Shown: in pieces, positions 37,991 through 49,369 of the stretch
How the letters are laid out: every line of letters starts with the position of its first letter
How positions within the stretch are numbered: the stretch's first letter is position 1
Source: Ginglymostoma cirratum
Taxonomy: Eukaryota
Direction of reading: 5' to 3'
Assembly: GCA_024137785.1 (NCBI GenBank)
Contig: JAHRHZ010000047.1
Span: forward strand, 3,752,185 to 3,816,184
DNA length: 64,000 nt
Position numbers and translations under genes: made by a program
The notes under the pieces: model-generated
The model's input: the letters and a program-made list of their open reading frames with translations, nothing else
Databases searched by the model: none
What the model was told of the DNA's origin: nothing

Positions 37991-39371
37991 GGGCAGCTGC
38001 CTATTTACATGCACTTATTTCAACAAGTTGCAGTTGTGTTGTCTAATTATGTTTTTTAATTCGGTAATTCATATGCAATTTCGAGTCATTGTCCTATACA
38101 AATGTCTAGACAGAAGCAGTCCAAACCACTTTAATATTTGCAACTCTGAAAATTTACCAGCCTCTCACTCCAGTGAGACACTAGCTGAATCCAACATGAA
38201 GGTGCAGTGGCCCCATTGCATCTCCTACCTTTTGTGGAACCTTTGTCCTGTCTTCACCTGACAAATGTGATTAGGTTTAGACTTGGAGCTAAGTGTTGGG
38301 ACCCACAGTTGTGTGAGTTCCTGCTTCTCTTGGTTCAGCTGTGACCCCCTGTCAGAGTCCCAGTATGTCAAGGGAGTTGAGTCTGACATCAGGCAGGATG
38401 GGCTAGATGTTGGAAAATTGCTAAACTATTATTAGGAATTGTGGTAACAGGGCAACAGATAAATTTAAGAGAGTTATGTACATATCTGCATGTTCACAGT
38501 GATTCAGAAATCTTTGGAAAAGATGAGTGATAGTCAAAAAGGCTGAGGATGTGCAGTTTTAGAGAGAGAGTACTTTTGCATGGCATGATTAAAGAGAGTC
38601 AAAAAGGGTTTATGAAAGGGAAAGATTTGGTGAATCAGTTGAGATTTTTTTGAGGATGTAACAAGAAGGTGGTAATGGGGAGACAGTGGATGTTGTTAGT
38701 GTACTTAGATCTCTTAAAACATTAGGTTGCCACACAGGAGATTATTATGCAAATGCGAACTGATAGCTTTGACTGTAATAGATTACGGAGTATAATGAAG
38801 TAGGAAAGTTAATTGCCTCACCTTACTGGGATGGCATACTGGATGTCAAGCCTTGCTATTCCCAGTCACCATAACTGTTAAACTTTTCAAAGAAAATAAG
38901 CAAAGATCCTCAAATTACTTATGTTCAGACCCAAGTTGATAGAAAGCACAGTCCAGGTTTCTGTAATTAATGAAAAATCCTGTTTATTACAGGTAAATAT
39001 ATTCTAGCTACGGGTCAACAATTAAATGAAGTGAATGCAAAAAATTAAAACTCAAAACCCCTTACAAACTTTCTCCTTCCAGATGCACAAAAAGACAAGG
39101 ATAAATGGCGGTAGAGAGAAAACTAGAAAAACGGTTCCATAGTCTTTGTTCACAAAACCTGTTACGGTGGTTCTTGCCAGTCTAAAGATTTCTCCTCAAC
39201 ATTTTCCAGAATGCTTCCACTGGTTTGCATGAGGCACGGGGTAGCTGGTTCACTTACGAAAGTTCTCTAACTTATTCAATTCAAAGTCATAAGTTGTAGC
39301 ATCTGCTGAAGGAAAGAGAAACTTTTTTTTTCAAGTTTAAAGTGGCTTATTGAAGGGAACTTGGAGAGTTC

Positions 39372-39738
39372 AAGATAACAAGGTTGTAGAGCTGGATGAA
39401 CACAGCAGGCCAAGCAGCATCATAGGAGCAGGAAAGCTTGACGTTTCAGGCCTAGACCCTTCATCAGACTTGGGGGAGGGGAAGGGGGTTCTGAAATAAA
39501 TAGGGAGTGAGGGGTAGGCGGATAGAAGATGGATAAAGGAGAAGATAGGTGGAGAGGAGACAGACAAGTCAAAGAGGCGGGGATGGAGCCAGTAAAGGTG
39601 AGTGTAGGTGGGGGGGTGGGGAGGAGATAGGTCAGTCTAGGGAGGACGACAGGTCAAGGGGGCAGGATGGGTTAGTAGGTAGGAAATGGGGGTGCGGCTT
39701 GAGGTGGGAGGAGGGGATAGGTGAGAGGAAGAACAGGT
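39372..39738. mobile_element. Family A Penelope-derived element, one arm plus purine-rich interior
   Basis: Same arm as 2134; intact minus-strand CTGATGAAGGGTCTAGGCCTGAAACGTC at 39440-39467. Confidence 0.8.
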
Positions 39739-40269
39739 CGAGAGTTGTTTTGTTTGCAGACCTGCTGGTTTCACTTCTGGTCTGACTGCCTTGTTCATTG
39801 CCCAGGCTGTTCAGCTACCTGATAATCAATAGTTGTTGCCAGCCACAGGACCTCCGTCATTGACAACTGGCCACTCATCCACACCAATCAACTTCACTTG
39901 CAAACAACCCCTCAGCTTCAGTTCGTCTGTACATTTCTGGTTCACAATGAGTATCAAATTCCTTGCTTTCAAAACATGCAACCTTCCTTGTAAATCCTCA
40001 GCATTCCTGCAATCTGGCTTAAAATAATTTGGGTTGGGAAGAAAATTAGCGAGACAGGGAAAATTTCGTATATTTGAAGAAATTTTCCATTCTAACGATT
40101 ATGTCTGAACAGGGATGTTAGAATTGTCAAGGAAGATTATACAGGATGGATCATATTTCAACAACAACTTATATGTAAATAGCGTCCTTGACCTAATAAA
40201 CCATCCCAACATGATTCACAGGATTATAAAAAATGAAATTAAGCACTAAGGCCAGACGGTGATATTAAG

Positions 40270-40505
40270 CTTGGTCAATTACGAGATGCTTCTTAAAATC
40301 TACCATTTCAAGTGGATCTGAAAAATACCATTTGCTATTTTGAAGAACAGTGGTGGAGTCATCCTGGTGTTCTGGATAGTATTTGCCCATCAACTGACAT
40401 CGCAAAAACGTGATGTGGTCATTATCATATTGCTGTTTGTTGAGGTTCACTGTGCACAAATTTACTGCTGCATTTCCTAAATTACACAAGTGACAATACT
40501 TCAAG
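40270..40505 (+). mobile_element. Deu-domain SINE (SacSINE1/AmnSINE-like) fragment
   Basis: GGTCATTATCATATTGCTGTTTG..CTGTGCACAAATT..CTGCTGCATTTCCT..ATTACA..AGTGAC..ACTTCAA. Confidence 0.65.
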
Positions 40506-40589
40506 GGTTTGTACTCCTAAACATCAAGCTATCCAAGTCAGGCACAGTTACAACAATAGCTTTATTGTAGTTTTCACATAGTAATACCA

Positions 40590-41030
40590 AGTCACATAAG
40601 AAGACATACATTAGGACCAATGATCAAAAACTTAGTTAAAGTATAGATTTTAAGAAGTGATTCAAAGGAGGTAGAGAAGTAAAGAAATTTTAGGACAGAA
40701 TTCTAGAGCTAAGAACCTAGGTAGCTAAAGGTACAGACAGCAATGGCAGAGTAATAAAAATTGTGAATGTTCAGGAGATAAGAATTGGAAGAGCGCAGAT
40801 ATAACAGAGGGTTGTGGGGCTGAAAGAGATTACAGAGATAGTGAGAGACAAGCCATGGATAGATTTGGAAACAAGAATTTTTTTTTTAAGAAACAAGGTA
40901 TTATTTAACTGGGAACCAAATTAAGTCAATAACATAAGAACGAAGAGTGAACCAGACTTGATCAGAATTAAGACACATGCAGCAGTATTTTGGATGACCT
41001 GAAGTTTACAGATGAAATAACGTGTGGTCT
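40590..41030 (-). mobile_element. Old L2-like LINE 3' fragment
   Basis: Purine-rich decayed sequence resembling an antisense L2 3' end. Confidence 0.45.
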
Positions 41031-42139
41031 CATATTAATGACAAAGGTTGAATAATCAATTGCTCATCAAGGATTGATTAACTCTATAGTTTATTTAAAG
41101 CAGTAAAACACATTAAGTGTTATGAAGAGACATTAAAGCAAACCAACTGATTTCTATGTGTAATTTGCAAATCCAGAGTAGATTAACTATGAGGCAGAAT
41201 CACCAATTGTACATGCACAGCGCATAGAGTGTTTAAAGGTTAACTTTCTTCAAGGCAAGTTACACATACAACATCCTCTCCTTTCCAGTTATTTATAACG
41301 ACAAGTAAGCCTTTGGGCTGAAATTTACCAAAATTGGTTGTTTATTTCAAAGAATTTACATTCTCTTCGTGGGCTCTAGTGAGTGATCTCATTCAATTCT
41401 CTGCTGCTCACTTCATTAAGTATGCACTACACCCACACTATCTTGCACTGTAAGTGATGGAACTACTTGCCATTGCTGGGACCTTGTAGGATTTACACCA
41501 CTGGAACCATATTTAGAGCCTAGCTGTGCATGAGGTCATTTGCTGCATGCCACTATTGGCTCTTCATAGCACATCTAAAGGCAAGGCATGTAGGTGGCAC
41601 AAATGGAATTTCATGGCAAATACAAGTGCACATTCATAAATGTATTGCTGTTTTACATCAGCACCTGTCTGACTGTTATTATAAACACAGCTACAGCAAT
41701 CAAGCTACGCAGGTTACCCCTCGTCTGCCCCATACCATGTCAGAACCCTGTCTCAGGGATTTCTACGCTTTCTCTTAATGCCCAGCACAGCATAACATCT
41801 TGTCATTGTTCAAAGTGGGAGAAGCACATGTTGGAAAGCATTCAAATAGTTGAGAATGTTAACTTTTATTGAACAACAGGACAAGTGAAGAAATAATTTC
41901 AAATCAGGCTGCATTTGCTTCTCAGAATAATGGGGTTGTTTACCTTTTGATTACAATTAATCTACATTCAAATTACAATCAATCTACATTCACTTCACAC
42001 AACTCACATCAATTTGAAGCAGGTGTCAGTTAAGTCCTGGTAAAGAGTCGACGGACTTGAGGCGTTAATTCTGCTTTCTCGCCACAGATGCTGCCAGGCC
42101 TGCTGAGTTTTGCCAGCAATTTCCATTTATGTGACAATT

Positions 42140-42690
42140 AAGTCCTGTCTGGATTGTTCTGCCTGATGCTGTACAATTCTGTCAGGCTGAAGATGATGTT
42201 CCTCCTTCTCACNNNNNNNNNNCCAGACCAACCCAAACATTAGAGCTTCATCTCCAAGAATGCTGTCATCTCCTCTACGATGACCCGGAGAGTAAAGAAT
42301 AGGCTGCATTGTTTCAATGCTCAGCCTCATTCAGAAGTTACATAATGGAGATAAAGCCCTGATTGCAAAGGTAGCCCTCAACTCCCAGTAATCATCCTTA
42401 TCAAGCACACAGACCTTGAAATAAAAGAATATGAGAAAAGAACAAGAGGGGCTTTGAACTGACAAAGGGACCTCATTCTGATGTATGAGCACAATCCATG
42501 GCCTGCAAATCCAGGAGGAGATTGTAAAAATAGCCAGACTCCTGAAATTTTGCTTCCACCCCTCCACACAAGAAAAGCAGCATTGCACATCTCAGCATTT
42601 TGGCAAAAATGTAGAGTTCAAGGTGAGAGGAGATCAGATCCGTGTTCTTGGTACCAATGAGACCTTGAATTGTTTTTGTGAACTGTAGAG
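42140..42690 (+). mobile_element. R2-group (RLE-type non-LTR, NeSL/R4-like) reverse transcriptase relic
   Basis: WI.LPDA(Y)NSV, DLILM..STIHGLQ and EIVKIARLLKFCFHP..VEFKVRGDQIRVLGTNET across frameshifts. Confidence 0.5.
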
Positions 42691-43682
42691 CTTTTAGCTT
42701 GCCTATGATTACTACAGCTTCAGAACTTCCCGTAAACCAACAATTATTTGATTTTTAAAAAAACATTCTTTGCAGGATTGTGGGCATCCCTGGACAGACC
42801 AGCATTTATTGCCTGTCCCTAATTGCCCAGAATGCAGTTAAGCGTCAACCACATTGGATTGATGATACAGGGCTTTTAATTTATCAGACTTCCTTTCATT
42901 TTCGTTCAGCTGTTCATTCGTCTTCATGAATTGTACAGAAGAATTCCCTGAAAACTTCTTCAACTCAGAGATTGTATTCTCATGCTTAGATTTATTTTCA
43001 CAAACAGCATAGTGAGACTCTTGCTAGACAGTGGTGAGTTCCCAACTGACACTCATTATTGCTTGTTAATCATCATGTTATCAGTTTAACTTGCAATAGG
43101 TTGTGATCTTACCAAACTATACAAACTAGATGTTTGGATAATTTCACATTGGAAACCAGAGCGGGTCCTTCGCGGGTTCAAATCACAACTTGCTCCAAAG
43201 GATTGCTATGTTAGACACTGGACACAAAATCTTGGGCCTTCTCCATGGACACCAGCCACACACGCCCCAAGTCTTTGGATGCTGACAGCCAACATGTGCC
43301 AGCCTCTAAGAACCCCAGTGGTACATCTCTGATTTACATACAGGACTCTTCTGCATGTCAATGTTACAGCTCAGGCTGTCCCTGCAACTCATGTTTGTAA
43401 TGCTGCAGTAAGGACGCCGTGCATTTGGGGATAGGCATCCAGCTCATGGACTGGACCAGGCTGCATTGCCAAGAACTTTGCTTGTTCTCATAGCGCCCAC
43501 TCACTCTGAGCCTATCTGGATATTCACATTGCATTATCTTGCCTTAGATTATTTTGTGCTTTGCCTGCACCTTGTTCTCCCATCACCCACTATTACACCA
43601 CCTGTCTTGATTCTTTCTGCCCTGTTGTGATCTGTTATGCCCCTGAAATGAGAGAGATGCAGGTATTACAGAAGATGAAAGT

Positions 43683-44003
43683 GGGGGCAGCACGGTGGCT
43701 GAGTAGTTAGCACTGCTGCCTCACAGAGCCAGGGACCCAGGTTTGATTCCTCCTAGGCAACTGTTTGTGTAAAGTTTGCATGTTCTCCCTGTGTCTGTGT
43801 GGGTTTCCTCTGGATGCTCCGGTTTCCGCCCACAGTCCAAAGATGTGCAGGCTAGGTGGATTGGCCAGGTTAAATTGCCCATAGTGTTCAGGGATGTGTA
43901 GATTAGGTGGGTTTTAGGGGGTTGGGTCTGGGTGGGATGCTCTGAGGGTCGGTGTGGACTTTTTGGGCCAAAGGGCCTGTTTCCACACTGTAGGGATTCT
44001 ATG
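43683..44003 (+). mobile_element. HE1-type V-SINE
   Basis: Full head GGGGCAGCACGGTGGCT through tail CTGTAGGGATTCTAT. Confidence 0.92.
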
Positions 44004-44189
44004 GATGGCACAGCTGTTACTGTTGATGCAGGTGGAGAGCTGCCCTGAGCAAAGGTCATGCAGTGTTAGTGTTGTCAGGGGTCACGGTGGGTGTCAGCGA
44101 GTGAGGGAATGTATTGCAGGCAGTAGTGAGAGTGATAGAGCATGACCCTTGGTGGGAGGTGATTGCAGTAACAGTGATAGAGTGGGGGT

Positions 44190-44482
44190 TGTTTTCAGAT
44201 GGAAAATGATGCCACTTTCACTGGCAGAGAGAAGAAGGATATTGACTTTCTTCTTATAGTGCTAGTCCAGACAGCCGAAACTGCTCTATCCTGGGTGGCA
44301 AGCTTGGAACAGATTGGCATGATCTGGTGTATGGCCTCCACTGCTGGTCCTTGGAGGAAGAACACATCCCATCTGTGTCCCACCTTGTCCATCAGGACCT
44401 CCAGGAACATGCACATAAAACAGGCCACCAATTTATCCCTGTCTGCCATCTCTGGGTCAAATGTCAGGAACCATGAGGGCAA
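44190..44482 (-). mobile_element. Myb/SANT-like DNA-binding relic, probably PIF/Harbinger-derived
   Basis: F....LEVLMD.V..RWDVFF......HQIMP..S.LAT...AVSAV......RRK pattern. Confidence 0.55.
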
Positions 44483-45178
44483 CTCTGGAGAGACAATGCT
44501 TCTCTGGAGCTCAGCCCGCCTTTAAATGTGGCACCAATGTCAGGGATGATGATCAATTCCAGAATCTCCTGTGAATGGTACGTTGCTCCGGAAATGTCAC
44601 ATGACAAGATGGGGCAGAAGTGAACATGATATTTGCCGTAAGGGCATGAACACTAATTAATGCAAAGTGTTTGGTAGGATATGGCAAGAAAACGCCCTCA
44701 TCCTTAAAGCGAGAAGCACTCCACTAAACTTGACGAGACTCGCACTTAGCCCAAAAACATAAGATTCAGCAAATAAATTCTGTGGGCTTCTGTCTAAATG
44801 ACATGAATTCTAATCACTGAATATGAAAGTTTAATTTGACTCTGGATTGGTCTTCCAATGTGGTACATATCTTTTAGGATCTTTTAGCTCTTCAGCCATT
44901 AATTCTGATGTGTATGTCCGTATAGACCTTCATACCCAACCACTAAGTAAATTTAAAAGGCTTGGTTTTCCATATTGGACATACATAAAACTAGAAACTA
45001 TATGCTATATGCTGTTTAAACATTTCAAAATTCTGTCAGGCGGTCTGCTGTGTCCCAATTTAATCAAGATAATTTTTGCAGACATTCTGAAAATATGTCT
45101 GTGGCCATTTCTTGCTTTCTGTTGTGTAGCTACACTTGCCTTTGTCAAGTTAGCTAAACTGCCTCTTAATAAGGATGT

Positions 45179-45413
45179 ATCAGAGATAAAAGGTACTGCA
45201 GATGCTGAAGAATCCGAGATAACAAGCATGGGGCTGGATGAACACAGCAGGTCAAGCAGCATCACAGGAGCAGGAAAACTTGACATTTCGGGCCTAAACC
45301 CTTCATCAGAAATGATTTCTGATCATCATTGGGGTTAGGCCCGAAACGTCAAGTTTTCCTGCTCCTGTGATGCTGCTTGACCTGCTGTGTTCATCCAGCC
45401 CCATGCTTGTTAT
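45179..45413. mobile_element. Penelope-derived fold-back element, family A
   Basis: Near-perfect inverted arms; exact TSD CTCTTAATAAGGATGT at 45163 and 45414. Confidence 0.85.
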
Positions 45414-46284
45414 CTCTTAATAAGGATGTGTCTGCTTACCTACAAGCTATGTTATCAAAACTCTCTGACACTGTAGCAAACAAAACATTGAGAGTTTTCT
45501 TACGAACTTTAGCAAGACTTAAGAGTGTTGACCATTTGTTTCACTTGTAAAATTACTTACTTGCTGACTAATCAAGCATAATAGTCCCCTTTGGCTAAAT
45601 GTTTTCATTGACATCCACAATGTCATAATAATGATAATGTTCAACTAATTAGTCACTGGTCATGGACTGATTAACTCTACAGTTCATTTATTTAAAGCAG
45701 TAAAGCACATTATAAATTATGAAGAGATGTTACAGGAAATGGAATGATTTGTATGTGCAGATTGCAAACCTACAGCAGACTATCTGGCAGACAGAGTCTT
45801 AGCATTGCATGCAAACAACACTTGGAGTCTTTAAAGGTGAAGTTTCTTGTAGGTAGGTTACACATACAACAGGAAGCTAGCTTGTAACATTCCCTGTCAT
45901 CTGTTTTGCTGCTGTGCAGACCTTCAAGTTCTGTATGGGGCAGCGGTATCTGGAAGCAGAAGTCATTCATCAGCACACTGATTGATGGTTGTGAAGCTTC
46001 CCAGCAGCTTCTCAACTTACAGGAAATATCGCTAGCCAGGATGGCGTTGGAATAGTCAATCTTGAGTTGGCAAAGGAATGAATAAGGGTTTCAGCACATG
46101 ATCTGAAAGGAAAGTGGCTTCAGGCAGTGTAATGGAGCAGAAGTAGGTAGTCCTGGGATTGTTTGGATGTTTATTGCTGGTCACAATAACACCCAGGTCA
46201 TGAATATTCTTGTGAGGATCAAACAGTTGCTAGAAAAGGGGATGTCATATCCTTCCCAGTCTCTCGTTTCTGTTCGTCCAGGCA

Positions 46285-46565
46285 TCATAGAATCCCTACG
46301 GTGCAGAAAGAGGCCGATCAGCCCATTGAGTATGCACTGACCTTCCAAACACCCCCCCACCCTATCCCCGTAACCCCACACTTAGCATTGCCAATCTGCT
46401 TAATCTGCACATTTTAAGACTGTGGGAGGAAACCAAAGCACCTGGTGGAAACCCATGCAGACATGGGGATAATGTGCAAACTCCACACAGATAGTTTCCC
46501 AAGGCTGGAATGGAGACCTGGTCCCGTGAAATAGCAGTGCCAATCACTGAGCCGCTGTGCTGCCT
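46285..46565 (-). mobile_element. HE1-type V-SINE
   Basis: Reverse complement of the HE1 head and tail. Confidence 0.88.
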
Positions 46566-46578
46566 CTACAAATCCTGA

Positions 46579-46633
46579 TTCTCTGACCAGGAAGGGTGAG
46601 ACTGCTAAATCCTAACCACTAGACCACCAGGGA
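46579..46633 (-). pseudogene. tRNA-Glu(CTC) pseudogene with T-arm deletion
   Basis: TCCCTGGTGGTCTAGTGGTTAGGATT...TCTCACC..TTCCTGGTCAGAGAA; 5' 26 nt match vertebrate tRNA-Glu; B box missing. Confidence 0.8.
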
Positions 46634-46786
46634 AGGCATAGTTGTGTACAAACAATTACATGCAGAGTAATGTGTCATTTACTTTATTCCAAGCTGTTTA
46701 CTTTATTCCAAACATTGCCACTGTGTAAAAATGCATTTTTTGGTTATGGTTCCACTATTAACGTTGACAGTTCCTTAAACTTGAAG

Positions 46787-47103
46787 TACAGTGGCTAGTG
46801 CTGCTGCCTCACAGTGCCAAGGACCCATGTTTGATTCCACCCTCGGGAGCCTGTCTGTGTGGAGTTTGCATGTTTTCCCCATGTCTGCACAGTTTTCCCC
46901 TGGTTTCCTCCCACAGTCCAAAGATGTGCAGTTTAGGTCATTTGGCCAAGCTAAATTGCCCTATAGTGTCCAGAGATGTGCAGGCTCTGTGGGTTAATTT
47001 TGGTAAATGTGGGGTTAAAGGGATAGGGTCTATACCCTTCAGAGGGACAGTGCAGACTCCATGGGCCAAATGGCCTCTATCTGCACTGTAAGGATTCTAT
47101 GAT
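46787..47103 (+). mobile_element. HE1-type V-SINE
   Basis: Head, V-domain and tail similarity. Confidence 0.85.
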
Positions 47104-47399
47104 TTGAGATTCGTTCTCACTGATCCCATTCCCATCTCCTTTTGCTTTGTGGTTTTGTTTTCTCATCTTTCCTGCGTTCCAACAAATAATTGATGCGAGG
47201 GTAATCAGTAGGAAAACACAGTGGTATTTGGAAATGAACTTTCCACCGGGAATGGCGACATTGTACAGTTTTCATGTAGTCATGTACACTTAACAATAAA
47301 ATCTAATTCTAATTCTACTGGTTGTATTGCTTCCCTACTTCGAAATAAACGTGATGAATCAGGCCATTGTGTCTCCTTCTCTGTTATTGAGGGTGAAAG

Positions 47400-48171
47400 G
47401 ACAAGAAACTACAACTCCCAGAACCAACCGCGCATGTCGTCACCAGATGGACGTTGCCCTAATGCGAGGTTAAGAAGAGAATAAAATCTTTGATGTTGTC
47501 AAATAAAAATCAAATAAAACTAAATATATATTTAGATGGATTTAGGAAGAGAAAGCTTGTTTTTAAAAAAACGCTGAAGTAGTTTCTAGAATAGGTGACG
47601 TTATAAATGTGAGCGGGGTGACGGGAGTGCGCTTGCGCAGACGGCGGTGCGGAGGGATACGCTTCAGCTCAGATTCGGTTATCCAGCGCTCCCTTTGAGG
47701 CCGGCGGCGATGTCATCAAGGAACGAGGCGGTGAGGCGGTGTGAGGAAGCTTCGGGCGAAGAACGGCAGGTACGATACCGCGGCCCAGACCACACCGGCA
47801 TGGCCCCGGGGGTTACCGCGCTCTGGCGGCGAGGCCGAGGGTCCCTATTGCTGCAGGCAAGAGGCTGGCTACACTTTGATCGCCGGCTGCATAAAACTGC
47901 ATTAGAGGCAGCGTTGCGCCAACTGCCCACTGGCCCCTTGGGGAGGGCTACGCTTAGGCCTGTGCCTGCGGATGGGGGTCTTCTAGTGGGGTTGCCGAGG
48001 GTGAGTGGAGCGTTTCAGGTGGAGGACAAGTGTGATACGGTGGGGGAGATAGAGGGCGAGGTCTGGAAGGGTATAGGGTCGGGGCGGGGGAGTTGGTGGC
48101 GGTAGCAAAATAGGATGGGTAGGAGGCTGGGAAGGGTTTTCGGCCGGAGGGAGGCGGGAGGAGGGGGGAGG
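47400..48171 (+). promoter_or_regulatory. ARPP19 CpG-island promoter and 5' region
   Basis: Abrupt GC/CpG enrichment; ACTACAACTCCCAG (ZNF143/THAP11-type) at 47408; TGACG half-CREs at 47596 and 47619; TATAAAT at 47602; TGCGCTTGCGCA (NRF1-like) at 47628. Confidence 0.8.
47710..47769 (+). CDS. ARPP19: ARPP19 coding exon 1 (MSSRNEAVRRCEEASGEERQ)
   Basis: gcggcgATG in a CpG island; CAG/GTACGA donor; phase 0 joins exon 2; resembles the N-terminus MSAEVPEAASAEEQK. Confidence 0.85.
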
Positions 48172-48571
48172 NNNNNNNNNNNNNNNNNNNNNNNNNNNNN
48201 NNNNNNNNNNNNNNNNNNNNNNNNNNNNNNNNNNNNNNNNNNNNNNNNNNNNNNNNNNNNNNNNNNNNNNNNNNNNNNNNNNNNNNNNNNNNNNNNNNNN
48301 NNNNNNNNNNNNNNNNNNNNNNNNNNNNNNNNNNNNNNNNNNNNNNNNNNNNNNNNNNNNNNNNNNNNNNNNNNNNNNNNNNNNNNNNNNNNNNNNNNNN
48401 NNNNNNNNNNNNNNNNNNNNNNNNNNNNNNNNNNNNNNNNNNNNNNNNNNNNNNNNNNNNNNNNNNNNNNNNNNNNNNNNNNNNNNNNNNNNNNNNNNNN
48501 NNNNNNNNNNNNNNNNNNNNNNNNNNNNNNNNNNNNNNNNNNNNNNNNNNNNNNNNNNNNNNNNNNNNNNN
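48172..48571. other. Assembly gap (400 N); a second 10-N gap lies at 42213-42222
   Basis: Runs of N. Confidence 1.
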
Positions 48572-49369
48572 AGGGAAGGGTTTTCGGGGGGGGCGTAGGA
48601 CTGGATAGGATGTGGCTAGTTACTGGGAAGGGCAGGACAGGATGGGATGTGGTTAGTTACTGGGAGGGGCAAGTGGCTGCTTTCCTGCTCCTTTGCCGCT
48701 TGGCCTGCTGTGTTCATCCAGCTCCACACCTTGTTATCATGGCTGGGACGGCGATGCTGCTGGAGAGTGTAGTATTGAATTGGTGTTAAATGGTTGACAC
48801 TATTGGTCCTGTTGTCTTTGCACCCTGGACCCCACTCTGCTTCTAACCATGAGTATTAGCCATTTTATAAAGAGTGCTGCTGCCTCCATCTCCTGTGACA
48901 CAATAAACTTTCTGCCCAATTGGAAAGATCAACTTGCAGGATTTCGTGTGTCTATTTGCTTTTATGTTTACTGTATCTGCTGAGTTAACTTTAGGCCCTG
49001 ATTTTGCTGATGCACTGCTCCTGATTACAGTGAGCCGAAGCGCCTGCGTTCCGCTATAACGTGCCTTTATTGCAGAAACGTGATTTTAATTGGATTTTGC
49101 TGTTTTACCATCTCATATGAAGGTTTTAATGTATTTGTTAATTACTTTCAAAGAACGCATAAATTCAGCCAGCTGTTGTCGCATTGGCGTGCTCCCACCC
49201 AATCTTTTACAAATGATTATAAGGAATTGTGACAAATTCTATTGAGTAGCTATTCACTAATAACCTGCACACTAATGCTTTTGTTTTGATTCTGCCAGTG
49301 TCTCTGCTTCACATTTTATTACAGCTTCGGACCAAGCATGACCATGAACCGATTGATTTATTGTTGTCA

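Noticed and set aside
38870-40030. Possible antisense solo LTR
   Set aside because: No clear TG..CA termini or TSD could be established by eye
47647-48105. 152-aa ORF
   Set aside because: ARPP19 exon 1 plus GC-rich UTR and intron read-through
48115-48789. 224-aa ORF
   Set aside because: Artefact of the 400-N gap
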